A DNA stretch of 64,000 bases from Moniliella sp. 'wahieum' (Eukaryota). Positions 37,190 through 49,858 of the stretch are shown here, one piece after another; within the stretch, counting starts at the first letter, position 1; each line of letters opens with the position of its first letter. Location: NCBI GenBank assembly GCA_003971905.1, contig RSEE01000096.1, positions 1 through 64,000 of the forward strand. The letters are read 5' to 3'. The notes below the pieces were generated by a model. The model saw only the letters and a program-made list of their open reading frames with translations, searched no databases and was not told where the DNA came from. Position numbers and translations under genes: made by a program.

Positions 37190-39046
37190 TCACGCACCAG
37201 CCCACCCCACCGCTTGCGAACCAGCCTTCGTTCTTTTAGTACAAGTTCGGCTTGGAACCTGCCTCTTCCTCCACGCTCCGTCGTAGTTGGCCGTAAAGAG
37301 GAACGGGAGAAGCAAGTAGCACAGGGCGACTGCGCCGCAGGAGCCGCCCAAGAGGGAGCGTGCCATGGTCTTGTGTACGGGCGTGGCGAATTTATGCAAC
37401 CCAGTCGAGTTGGTATGGTTGGTGTGGTTGTGATGGATGTGGTGTGGCTTGTCGCCTGGGTTGGTAACGTTGGTGAGCCAGGGATTGCGCTGGTGCAGCC
37501 CGTCCCAAAAGAGCCGCTGGAGGGACATGTTGGCGGTGTACATGCCGTAGTCTTGGTGGGTCATGTTGGCAATAAAGTCGGCGGTATGTGTGGGCGGGAA
37601 ACCACCTGGGAAATCGTTGCCGAGAGACATGATAAACTTGGCACCGCGGTCCAAATGGTTAAAACCTTGCCACATTGCCGGCGCGGCTGTCACGCCAGCT
37701 CCAACGTCCATCAAGGCCAAGCCGTAACCTACTGTGCGGTTGCGGTACCGGTCCGCGACCAAGCTTCCGTTTGTGCTACTACGTCGCGTCGCGCATACGA
37801 CGGCACTTTGGTCGTGTTTTGGTGGATCCCATACGGCCATTGGTCGTACGTGTCGGCGGCTGAGGAGTTGGTGTTGGGGCGTTGGGAGGTAAGGTAAGCC
37901 CAGCTACCGGGGTTGCCAATCCAAAAGCGGACATTGGGATCGTACGCCTTGGTCTTTTTCAGCACGGCGTATCGTTGTGCACCTTGTCCTCCGAGGGAAT
38001 GACCAGCGACAACCACTTGGTTCAGCATGGGAAAGGTGGTGTTGAGAAACAACTGGTCCAGCAGTTGGTCCATGGCCAAAAAGGAGCTGATCGAATGCTT
38101 CATCACGGGGTTCTTGTTCGACCCGCCCTGTTGCCAATACGAGTTGAAACACAGGTACTGAGGCTTGCACGCGCCCGCCTGCAGATCTTGCATGTTGAGA
38201 AACACGGGCGCCACAATCCCCACACTGGCATTGGTCAACTTCCAGTCGGCCCAGGGCTGTATCCCTTTCCCACCCTGGATCACAGGATGTTGCGTGCGTT
38301 CAGCATAAAGTTGGCGTAGTTCCATACATCTCGCGGCTGGACCGGCAGAATTCAAGTAAGCAAGAAGAATAAAGCGAGCATTATGTACTTGTGTCAGCCA
38401 CCCCCTCCCCTTTAAGCAACACCGAAGCATACGGTACGTACTTTGCCTGGAAGGACGACGATGAACCGTTCCACCTCCGTCGCGGGGTCATCGACGGCCA
38501 TGTAGTATGGAAAGATGGCCGACTCGTTGTTGAACCGGTTCGAGACGCGGAAGGTATCATTAAATGTGAACCCCTGAATCTGGGGCAGTTGCTGCCACCC
38601 TCCCTGCTCGGAACCATTGACGTTCGGATCAGCCGTGACGGGAATCATGTTGTTCCAAGGGTACTGTTGGCCATCACTACCAATCAGTTGGCCAGGCACG
38701 TTGGCCAGGTTACCATTCGCACCCGTCTGAACTCCTGGGATGTTATCGGCAGCCTGGGCAGCCTGGACATAGTTGCCCTGCAGCGCGTCCTGCACCGCCG
38801 GAGCTTGGTTGGCGTCCGTGGGCGTAAACGCCTGCGATCCCTGGCGCCGGTCGAGCGGAGCGCGGGCGTACAGCTGAAACCCATCTTTTTTCCCACTGCC
38901 ATGGGAGGAGACAGACGCAGACACAACAGAGGGAGTGAACGTGAACACGAGCAGAGTCGCAGCCGCAGACAAAAGGAGGGTAAGCGCGCGGGCGGCGCTG
39001 AGGTTGGCCCGCCGGGGGGGGGTGGTTGTGGGTGGTGCACAAGCAT
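37190..39046 (-). CDS. Secreted, C-terminally membrane-anchored alpha/beta-hydrolase-fold protein
   Basis: Hydrophobic N-terminus, FIVVLPGK|PRD, IVAPVFLN, SISSFLAMDQLL, VVVAGHSLGGQGAQRYA, IGNPGSWAYL, YDQWPYG, and a C-terminal TM segment LLGGSCGAVALCYLLLPFLF. Intron at about 38441-38338. Confidence 0.8.
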
Positions 39047-40067
39047 ATCACAAGGGGAGGGGGAGAAGACCCGCAAGGTGATATTGGTGGTGGTGGTGGT
39101 GGTGGTGGGAATGGCAGTGGTGGTGATGGCGTTTTTCGTCGCCGTGGCGGCCCCGAAGAGAAAAAGCGGGAGGGCAGACGTGCTGATCTGGGTGGCAATA
39201 GGCGTGCCAGTTGTCAGTTTCCGTAAGTACTAAGTGGTCGCTGTCGGTACCCGCCCACTGGGCTACCTACTGCGTGGCGGACCAAACCCAATGGGATATG
39301 TGGAGCGAGCGCCGAGCGTCGCAAGCGATCCCACGCTGAGCCGTGCGGGCGAGCAGACGTGCACACTGCCCCCGTAGCTACGCCCCCACCTGCTCGCACG
39401 CTCGCTCGCACAACCACTCGCCCCGTGCCTGCTTCTGCACTCGCACGCTCTGCCTCGTCCCGGCCCCTGCAGCGTCGCGGTACACTGTGCCCGTGCGTCT
39501 GCTGGGCTGCAGTCATCGATCACCGATTGCCAGCCGCCGATCTCCGCTCGCCCTTAAAGCTTCACGCTTGTTACGCCGCAGAACGTAGGATGCAACTGCG
39601 GACGGCGCAGTGCTTCTGCCCCCTTGTGCCCTTTGTAGGCTAGTTGCTAAAGGGCTCCACATGTACTGGACTGAGTTACTGATGGATTGGCCAATGATCA
39701 ATGGTCGATGGGTCATGGTCCCCTGCCGATTGATCGCTCCGACGCTCCGATCTTTCAGATGGCCTCATTAATCATTCAACCCACCACTGCAGCGCAGGAA
39801 ATGTGGGAGGAAGCTGGTCTGGATAGTACTAGGATTGGCGCGATGCCACCATTGCGCTTAGCAACTCATGGCTCCATCTGAGGATTCGGTACTCGCTACT
39901 GAGCTCAGTACTCATCCTCAGTTGAACGTTGAGTGCTCATTAATCATTGCCATTTCCGGTCCCGGTTACCGATTGAGCCCTCCCTCAAGGTTGAAGGTTG
40001 AAGCTCGAAGACCGGACAGGACTGGTGGATGGGTATGGCAGGGCGACGCAAGGCACGCATGCATACA

Positions 40068-40107
40068 TAGGTAGGTAGGTAGGTAGGCAGGTAGGTAGGT
40101 AGGTAGG
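40068..40107 (+). repeat. (TAGG)n microsatellite
   Basis: About 10 units with one CAGG variant. A long polypurine (AGAGA/AAAGG) tract follows at about 40250-40385. Confidence 0.9.
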
Positions 40108-40420
40108 ATAAGACACTACGATGACAACCCCACGCCCGCGCCAAGCCCGTAACGCATAACCTTGCAAACGTGGGGGAGGAAAAGAACCAAAAACGAAGCG
40201 AAGCCAAGCCAAGCGCATGTCGGCCGATGAAAATCGTCCATAGCGAGACAAAGACGGGGAGAGAGAGGGACAGACAGAGAGATGGCGGGAGAGGCAAAAA
40301 GAAAAGAAGAGAAACGAAGAGAAGAGAGAGAAGAGAAGAGAAGAGAGGAAAAAAGAGAAAAGGAAAGGAAAGGAAAGAGAAAAAACAAACAGCGGTGGTG
40401 GTATGCAGTAACACATCCTA

Positions 40421-43400
40421 TTAAACGTTGGCCAATCGCTTGGATAACTTGGTCACACCCTCGGTGGTAAACAGGACATCCTCCTCCTCTCCCGACGGGA
40501 CAAACTCCTCGTCATCTTGGTTCAGCTGGGCAAGAATAGCATCCTCACTAAGCGCTTCCTCCGAAGAGTGGGAGGCAAGTACGGGCGAATGCCGGGACAA
40601 CAAGGTAGGTGTCCGGGGAGACGAGGAGAGGAGCATGGGCGTCATCGTATTCTCCCTCCCGACGGGCACGGGCGTAGGTTTGGGCTTGATCGTGTCGTTG
40701 CGAGAGAGGGAGGAGGGGTCGAGGAGCTGGGTCGTCGTTCTCGCCCTCGTTCTCGCCCTCGCCCTCGCCTCTCCTTCCCGCTGGGTCGTGCTCTGTCAGG
40801 GACCCTTCGGGCTTGAAGTTAGGTTCGGTCAGCTCCAATACCGGATCGGGCGAGGGCAGGCGCGCATGGCCATGGCTCCAATCGGGCGAAGAAGAGCCAC
40901 GGAGAAAAGTGGCAATGGTGTTGTCGGAAATGGACTGGGTACGAGGATCGTGTCGCCCGGCACGGATGTGATACGCCAGTGAGCTCGGTCGGCTCACCCG
41001 GCGAGAGGCAGACATGGTCCTGCTCAAGCCGGTGTGTGCCATGGGAGGTGTATCCAGTGGGGCTCGCCGGCTGGTCAAGCGGTCCGAAGCACGCGACGAG
41101 GCGGACAAGATGCTGTCTCTCCGTGAGGACGGCCATCGTCGTCACGCGAAGGGTTAGAGCTGAAAGTGGACGAGCTCTCAGCGCGTACGTGGCGGCGGGA
41201 AACGTGCGGGCTCATACTCGGACTGCCATTCCGAGACTCTTGGGACGGCAAACGGGCACGTGGCCTGGCGTCGGGGAAGTGTGACCGCGATTGGACGATG
41301 CAGAGAGGGAGGAGGCACCAGAAGCATCAGTGCTTGGGAGGAACTCGCGAAGGGGTCGGCACCGAGCTATGCTTTCGTCGCACGGCGGCAAACATGCCTT
41401 CAATACTGGATGCCAGCTGGCAGCCGAGGTACCCGACGCGGCCGACGTGTCACCACACTCCGATTCCAGAGTGTTCGACCCGAGCGCGGAGAGATGTGGA
41501 GAGTGGAGAGTGACGCGGGGAAGACCATTGGTCCACCAACAACAGTGACTTTCTCGTACTTTGGCGGGGGCTGTCGTCCGACGAGTGCACGGAGAAGGCA
41601 GGCGAACCTAGGACACTGCGCGGACTGCGGTTCGTTTCCAACTCACTGGCTTGGTGGATCGGTTTAATTGTCCCGTTGCGCGAGATTGTGTACAGTCACT
41701 GGTCACGGACGTGTCGGCATCTTCGGTGGCCGAGGTTGGCGCCGCCGCAGTGGCTTGGTTCCAGGACTTGAGCGCCTTGGCTGCCCAGACAGAACCTTTC
41801 CGAGATAAGTTGTTGACAGTGTCATTGGAAGAGATCTGGGTGGCATAACGGGACAGAACACTGCTCCCGCTCGCCAGAGAAGAGAAACTAGAGTCCCCAT
41901 TTGAGCCTGGGCTACCTGAAGGGGAGGGATTTTGAAGCCAAGACTTGGCGGCGGGAGAGAGACCGAAGGAGCCAAGAAGAGAAGTACGAGGTCCTTTTGC
42001 GGGGGTGCGGGGCGGTCGGTTGGCCTGGGACGCGGGTGCATCACCAGTAAGTGAGGACGTGATCCGACGTTGGCGGTAGTTGAGGGCAAGTGACACCACC
42101 TCGATCATGTCGGTCCGCCGGGGATAGTTGAGCAAGAGCATCATGACCCGACGATACGGGTCCTGATTGCGACCATCGTCCCTTCTTTGGTCGGGCGGCA
42201 TCAAAGAGTTGGTCGCGAATGGTCACGATCATGGCGCAACTAACGTCGATCAACAAGTCAATCTTGGATGTTGATTCTACGCTTTCCAGTCGGGTTTCGC
42301 GCCCCAGTCTCGGCCAAAATGCAGTCCCATACAAGCGCCACCGCCCGCGGCTGCATCTCGGTACTGAGAAGCGAAACAAACCAGCGGAACGAGTAGAGAG
42401 GTAGACGGGGATCGAGCGATAACGAAGAAAGTAGATCCCATACCTCGCGGTCGAGCCATTGGAGCCGAATACTGAATTGCTTAAGTGCGCCTGCTATCCC
42501 CTCGTTCTCCTTGGATGACACGGTGGCAGGCTGGGCGCGTGTGTTGCTAATGTGCAGCCGGCCGCCGCGCTGTGGTCAATCCCATCAAAGTCAAACAAAT
42601 CCCGCACCTCACTCATCAAGGCAGAGAAGCACCAAAACGCATCGGCCTCCACATGGTCCTCCAGCTCGAGCTGAGCCAGCCCGTCAGGAGCATCTGGCCC
42701 CATACTGTCTTGCCCGAAAACGTAGAGAGAAACACAGCGGCGGCATCATGCATTCCCTGGGGTGATGCGTACGGGTCAGCGACGCGCGGGGGGGGGGGGG
42801 GGGGGGGGGGCAAAAAGAGCGAGGGAGAGGGGAGGGGCGTACTTGAATGTACCGATGGATGGGTTGAGAAGGGAAAAGATATAGAGGATGCGCAAAAGAG
42901 AATGCCAGCGCACATCGCCAAACCGCATGCTGTCCATCTGCTCCGCAGAGACCGGCTCGCCCGTGGTGGACGGCTAGAACTGTCGAGAAAGGACGGGTGG
43001 ATCTTGCCGAGGCGCCGGAGCAGCATCCAGCGCGAGGCGATGCGGGGCACCGCGGGGGGGTGGCACTCGGCGTCGGGCACGGGGGACAGGGGGTTGGATG
43101 CGGAGGCGGGGATGGGGGTGGCAGGGTGCCGCGGGGTGGAGAGGGTGCTGTTGATGTCGTTGAAGACCGAGTCGAGGAGGACATCGCGCTCGGACAAAGT
43201 GCCGGGCACGCTGTAGGAGGGCGGGCGTGGGGGGCGCCGTCGGCGAGAGGGGAGAAAGTCGCGGACGAATTGCTGGGCAGCCGTCGCAGTCAGCAGCAGC
43301 AGCGGCGCACACAGGCGGAGGAGCACGCACATAGTACTCGGCGCGGCGGCGCGCGAGGTGGGCGGGCCACTGGGCCTTCTGGGGGGGGAGGTAGCTGAGC

Positions 43401-43569
43401 AGCGCCACGCGAGCATGCGCGTCCACGCCGGGCGCGCTGCGGCGGGCGGCTGGAGGCAGAGGTGGCGCAGCGCATGCGCATCCAGCACGGCGGGCGTGCG
43501 CGCAGACGCGGCGGGCGGGATGAGGAGCGCGACGAGCGTCGCGCGCTGGTGGTCTGCCGAGGCGGCCAT
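40421..43569 (-). CDS. TBC-domain Rab GTPase-activating protein (TBC1D13-like)
   Basis: RMLAWR.LLSYLPP..W...L..RRAEY, VEADAFWCFSALMSEVRDLF, LQWLDREVWDLL..LDPRLPLYSFRWFVSLLSTE..VWDCIL, LLIDVSCAMIVTIRDQL and VMMLLLNYP, followed by a long Ser-rich tail. Introns and indels are present. Confidence 0.88.
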
Positions 43570-43804
43570 GGCGGTGGGGCAGCCCAGCAGCCCCGCGAGC
43601 GCCCGTCTGCGAACGCTCGACGAGCGGCGGGGCGTGGGATGCATTCCGCCCCATTCCGCCCTCGCGCCCCACCCGGCCAACGCTACGCACGCCTTCCAAT
43701 TAGCATCCACTCTTACCCGCTGCCACGTCGATTCTATCTGTCGCCTGTCTGCCCAAACCCATGGTACATCGCCTTCATTAACGGGGCCACCGCCACGCCC
43801 CCCC

Positions 43805-45387
43805 CTACATCTTGCCCAGCCGCGGCTCATCCTCCGCCACACCCTCCGTCAGCGGCGAGCCCACCTTGCTGTCCGTGCTGGGCGTCGGCACATCCCCACT
43901 CGTCTTCCCCCTGTCCTCCCAGCCCTCGCCCTCGCCCGCACCGCCACGTCGGCCGCCGCCCCGCGCGGCGCGGCGCTCGGCCCGCATCTGCTGGAACGCC
44001 TTGCGACGGCGCGACTCCCACACCTTGATCTCTTTGCCCTTGTAGGTAAACACCAGCCCCATGCGCCCCTCGGCCCACATCCGGTAGTTGAGATACGCTG
44101 CCACCACGGCCCAGAAGAGCGCGTAGGCAATCGTTGCGCCGTAGCTCCACGAGTTGTTCTGTCCCAAAGAGGGTTAGGGTTAGCACTCTGCCATCTTTCT
44201 CCCCAGCAACCAAGGGCGAGAAGAAGATTCTTCCCGCTCCTCCCCACCTTCCTCCAGCAGCCAAGGGTTTCGAAAGATCAGAATAGGACGTACCCAGCCA
44301 AAGAGCGAGTTGAGGATACTCCAGCCCGTTCCACCTCCCTTGTCCTCCGGGTTGCCCGTGTCGAAATGGACAAACACGTCCCACGGCGCGTAGGACCAGG
44401 ACCCGATCCCGACTCGGCCGCCGAGTCGCCCACCAGTGAACATACTTGTAAAACTGGAGGTAATACACTGAGCGCGAAAACATGCCCGCCGCAATGATCA
44501 GCAATGCACATGTCGAAACAAGAGGAAGGCCTTGACCCGCTTGGCCCACGCGCCACCGCGCCAAATCAAAATCCCGATCCCAAACCCGATCAGTAAACCC
44601 ACAATGGCCGGGAAGGGGATCGAGCTGGCGGGCAACCCAAGCGAAACACCTCCGATGAATCCACACCTTCAGTCCTTCCCGAGCGTGGTGATCAACGGAA
44701 TGGTAAACATAACCCACTCGGGCTTACTCCGCATCGTGGCCAGCCTGTTTTCCTTATTGTTGTGCGACTTGGCCGGAGGAAGCAAGCCAAAGAATCGACG
44801 GCGAGGTGGGAGTTCTTGACCAGGAAGCGCGACCGCATCCCGTGTTGAACCGCTTTGGCCGCCTCCTTGCGCTTTGTTTCTCAGTGGCCTCCTCAAACGC
44901 CTTTTCAGCTTGACGCTCCACTTGGCCTTGGACCGATCGGCACGTAAGATGGCCATGCATGGGAAGAATGAGAACAACGGCAATCAAGTTGAAGATGCCT
45001 CCCACAGTTCCTCAGCTTTGCCGTACAAGTCATTAACTTGGGTGTAAAAACACAGCCAAGAAGGCAGCGCCAATGCAAAACGCAATCATCAGCCCGATGA
45101 ACGAGCCGAGAAAGATGGCTTTGCGCAATTGCTGATGAGCACCTTGCGTTCCAGCTCGACATGCTCTTTGGTTTCTGGTTTTCCGTCTAAGTCCTCCGGG
45201 GGCGGTGGGGCATTGGGGTCACGCTCTTGCGGGAGAGGGAATCGCAGATCGTCTTGACCAAAGACTCGACCGACGCGAGCAGGATGCCAATCACCAGCGA
45301 CGCCTCCATCGCCTCACGCCAGGCGATGAAGAGAATGGAAGGCGCAAACACCTTGTTGCCCGTATTGCCAATGAGTGGCGCAGACAT
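43805..45387 (-). CDS. FTR1: High-affinity iron permease
   Basis: KVFAPSILFIAWREAMEASLVIGILL (RExxE), LW.GIFNLIAV, KAKWSVKL, FTIPLITT.REGL, STCALLIIAAGMFSRSV, WSILNSLFGW|.N..SYG.TIAY.LFW. One intron at about 44291-44160. Confidence 0.95.
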
Positions 45388-46540
45388 GGTGGCGACTGCT
45401 ACGACTCCAGGTGGTGGGAAGGAGGGGAGAAGGATGAGGTAGGTATCTTTATGTGTGGTAACTTCGACAAATTGCAAGGATACGTAGAAGGGATGATCGA
45501 TGATCGATGAAGCTTGAAGGGAAGCAGGGGACCGACACGGCGAGAGAGAGAGCTCGTTGACGTGCTGACGAAGGACAGGGTGTGTGAGATACCGGGTCCA
45601 GGCACACGGAGTTGGGATTGCTGTTGTGCAGCATGTCGATGGGTACCAAGCACAGGAGGAGAGAAGCTGTTAGAACACTGTTCTTGCGGCTTGCCCTGAA
45701 AGAAGCGAGAGTGGCGGTATGTTGGTCGACGGGCGGAGGATGTCGTTCTAGCCCATATGTCACTTGCTCCCTACATCTGGGGCAGATGCAAGGAGGAGGT
45801 GCCGAGTCAGCTTATTGCGGTTTCGCACACGCACTGGCACGCCTACCCATCAATCAGATTGGCCATCCTGCCTCCCCCACATCTCTTCGTTTCATCTTCT
45901 CATCGATCACCGATCATCCTCACCTCCGAACTGAACGAGCCGGCGGGCTAAGCCAAGTGAGTGAGTGAAGTGCTGGTGAGCCAGGGGCCCTACTCAAGAA
46001 AGCTCTCATCCGCTCGTCGGGACCCGCGGATGAGATCGACCTTGCTGATGCTGCAGATAGCCATACGCCTTCCGCCTTCATCCATATGCGCGCATCACAC
46101 AACACATCAGTCCCAGAGGGTCATGGATTTTTTTCCTTCGGGTAGCTGCGTGAAAAAGAATTCTTTCTCGTCCCCTCCCTCGACGATAGTCCAGCTAGTC
46201 CACATGCAGTCAACACACTCCTGCTGTTGCCTTGGCCGCTTCCAGTCTTGCATCGTGTCTCGGCTCTGCGCTCCACATGGCCATGGAAGTTTTTTTGCTG
46301 CCTACTAGACCAAATTTCGTCTGGCCCCGCCTTGGGTGGGGTCTCTTGGCCCTCCGTCCGGCTCCGCCACACAATAAGAGGGGCTGTGTGGCCATCCCTA
46401 CTGCGCGGGTGCAAACAGTGTGTGCTTCAACTTCATTAGTCTCCAAGCTTCAGTAATCATTAACTTTGCTCGTTTAATTCGTCCTCACTGGATGAGCCCC
46501 ATGCGCTCTTCCGAAAAAAAAAAAAAATGCCCAGATGTGC

Positions 46541-46631
46541 ATCTGATTAAAATGCGCACACATCACACACATCACACCAATCACACCGGCTGCCAAGCCA
46601 GAGTGGCGCGGTGCGTGTCCATTTATCAGAT
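46541..46631. promoter_or_regulatory. Iron-responsive GATA-factor (SreA/Urbs1/Fep1-type) sites in the FTR1-FET3 bidirectional promoter
   Basis: TTATCAGAT at 46623-46631 is ATCTGATAA on the minus strand, a perfect ATCWGATAA. Near-matches: ATCTGATTA at 46541 and ATCAGATTG at 45853. Confidence 0.7.
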
Positions 46632-47736
46632 CTGCTATCGCTTCATCGATCATCACTCGCACTCGCCCACCGCGAGCCCCGGGCAGCTGGTCTCTGTGAT
46701 TAATGGTTGGCTACGTTTGCTGCTCGTCACTAGTGCTGTCCTCGGCCAGCACCGCCCCACTCTCCTCTCTGGCACCCGTGCTGCCCCATTCGGATGCGCC
46801 ATCAGATCTCAGATCTCTGATGTGCTATGGTCGATGATCGATGCGCCTCCGATTAACGCACTCGATTGCCAATGCGAGGCGCCCCGAGAGAAAGAGAGGA
46901 GACGAGACGGTCCCACAGCCTCTTTTCGAGCGTCCGAAAAGCGGTTTGTGAGTACACCAAGTGCACTTGTGCACAAGCGCAGCGGCGGTATTTCTGTTTT
47001 CAGGCGCTGTTCCTTGGTGTGAACAAGGGTCGCTCGGGTGCTACAGGAGGTGTTCATGTTATGCAACCACAACGGAGGGTGCGGGGAAGACACGGAAAGT
47101 CGCGGAAGAGGAAGAGCGCCGGGAATCCCCAATCACGCTGTCCCTGGTGGGTGTGTTTGATCCAATACGGGCACATGTGGCAAGGCCCAAGGGCGACAAA
47201 GAATAACAGCGCAGAGCCCCCCCCCCATGCCATACTACCGCCTGGGTGTTCTCCTCAACACGACGGATGGGTAAGTTTCAGAATATGGACCGGTTACTTG
47301 ATCCGATCGTTGTTTCGTCCATACCCCATAGTGGTTCCGCGGGAACCCCGTCCCCACCAGACGCCCGACAGTCGAATCATTTGACACTTTTTTTTGTTCT
47401 ACCGCCAACAGCGCAACTCTTTGCATCGTACTCAGTTGAGTACTCACTACTCACTACTCGCGGAGCCATGCACACGACATGTGACAGGTGCCGGTGCCTG
47501 AGCCAGAACCAGGCAAGGGACTTGTGCCCAGGTGCGTTGGTCATGTTCGGATGCACGCTGATCAATTATTCATGGATTAAGTTAAGGTGCGACGACGACA
47601 GCAGCTGTCAGTATTTTGTCTGCAGGCCAGTAAAAGTATAACTCTACCGCTCCTGGAAGCAGCTGTCTTTCTTCTCCTCTCCCTCACCTGCTCTCCCCCT
47701 CACCCCTTCCCCCTCCCGGTACGTTTTGTTCGCAGA

Positions 47737-49858
47737 ATGGACCGCCTTCTCCTGAGCACCGCCGCGGCGCTCGTCGCTGTGTCCGGTGCATCCGGCGCGT
47801 TCGTCGACCAGTACTGGAGCATGGACTGGGTCCCGAACCAGGACCCGCGGCGCTCGGCAAGCCCCGTTCGGCGGTCGGGTACAACAATACCTGGCCTCCG
47901 CCTGTGGTCAATGTCAACTCTACCGACCGACTCCACATGACCATGTACAACAACCTCGGTCAAGGCGGTTCGTTGCACAGCCATGGGATCTTTTTTAACA
48001 ACACTGCCTACTACGATGGTACCACCCCGGTCACCCAATGTCCCATCCCGCACGGGGGCAATTTGACGTACGAAGTGCTCAATTCTGCGCGGGCCGCGCC
48101 CAACTCGACGCAAAATGTGGGAACGTACTGGATGCATTCGCATACCGAAGGTGCCTACACCGATGGCATGCGTGCCCCGCTTATCATCCATCCCGCCGAG
48201 GGCAGCGCGCACCACTACGACGACGATTACACCATTATCTTTAGCGACTGGTACACGCGCTACAATGCCGATCTGCTCCAGAATGAGTTTTGAACAAGAA
48301 GAACCCGACGGGAGCCGAGCCGGAGCCAGACCGGTGCTTGAGTACGTTTCTTTTCTTTGACCTTTCGTATGGGAGGGGGCGCGGGGCGCCTTATGTTTTG
48401 AACTGGATACGATAGTGGGTCGGAGCTGACACTGACCTTCGCATCGGGAATAGTGTACGCCGCTCGCACGCGGCAAGACGGACCGGTCAATCCTCCGTAC
48501 CTACCTGGGTTTAACGAGAATGTGACCATCCCATTTGAACCGGGCAAGACCTACCGTCTGCGATTTACCAATGAGGGCGTCTTTGCCATGGCTAACATCT
48601 GGATCGACGGGCACGATATGAGCATCATTGAGCTCGATGGGGTGGAGACCGAGCCCTATCCGACCGACGTTGTGCCTCTTGCCACAGCCCAACGGGTCAG
48701 TGTCCTCGTCACCGCGCGCAACGATACGTCCCACGATTGGCGGTCAACTCGTACCAAAACACAGCCATGTACGATGTGATTCCGCCCGAATTGCGGTTGT
48801 GGAGTACATTCGAATCGGGTACGCTGCCGAGCCGCAAGAACTTGGCCCCACCACGGAAAAGTCCGACTTTCCCTTTTCAACGAGATGGCCCTGCGTCCGA
48901 TCGAGGTCAAGCCCATCCTTTCCCCCGATTCCAAGGCGCTCGTTCCCTTTAACTTCAACACCTTCCGCAGCAACAAGAATTATGCGACCGTCATGGAGAA
49001 CCAAACTACGTTTATTTCCCTCAGACCCCTTCCTTGTTCACTGCGATGACCATGGGGGAAGATGCGCGGAATATGGACGTGTATGGCCCGGCAGGCGGCA
49101 ATGCGTTCCTAGGCGACTGGCTCACCACGGTGGAGATTACGATTCAAAACATGGACACGGGCGAAACCCGTTCCATCTGCACGGGTTCCTGTTCCAGGTT
49201 GTGCAAAAAGTACAAGACTACACCACTGCCCCGCCTGTCAATGAGTCCCAACCGAACCCGATTCGGAGAGAGACACAGTATCAGTCCCAGCGGGGGGCAG
49301 GTGGTGTTGCGTGGTGTTATTATTGATGTCCGGGGGTCTGGTTTTGCACTGTCACATTCAATGGCATCTTCAGGTACGTGTGTGTCTCTATACCCCTTTC
49401 CAACCTTTGGATTTTCCTCCGTCGTGATGCGCAAAGTGTATCGGTTTGGCCTAACTTGTGTTGTTTGTGACGTACCATGCAGAGCGGGTTGGCTGCGTTG
49501 GATCGCGCTGCGCCCGAACGAATCCAAAGTGAAATCCCACTTGCCCGAGGGGATGAAGGAGGCACTGTGCTGCGATGGAACTTGCCGAGCGAAGGGAATG
49601 CGGGCGGACTGTACTCGCTCAACCAACTTTGGCACGTTGCCTAAACAAAACCGAGATAGTTCCGGTAGGGGGACGGGTAAGGCGACGGGCGCTTTTATTG
49701 GGTGCTTGATCAGTGCCAATCTTGGGCATCGGGAGGAGCATCATTATTTATGGTTCTGGCGAGGCGGATCCGGACGAGGAGTATATCCTTAAGACCAAGT
49801 GGTACAAGTCCCTTTGGAACAAGGCCCGGAGCAGCAACGCGTAGTAACGGCGCATAAA
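47737..49858 (+). CDS. FET3: Multicopper ferroxidase
   Basis: Signal peptide, SLHSHGIFFNNTAYYDG..VTQCPIP, GTYWMHSH..YTDGMRAPLII, FEPGKTYRLRF, IDGHDMSIIELDGV, PFHLHG, and LHCHIQWHLQ|.GL with a Leu axial position. C-terminal TM segment; divergent from FTR1; many indels. Confidence 0.95.
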
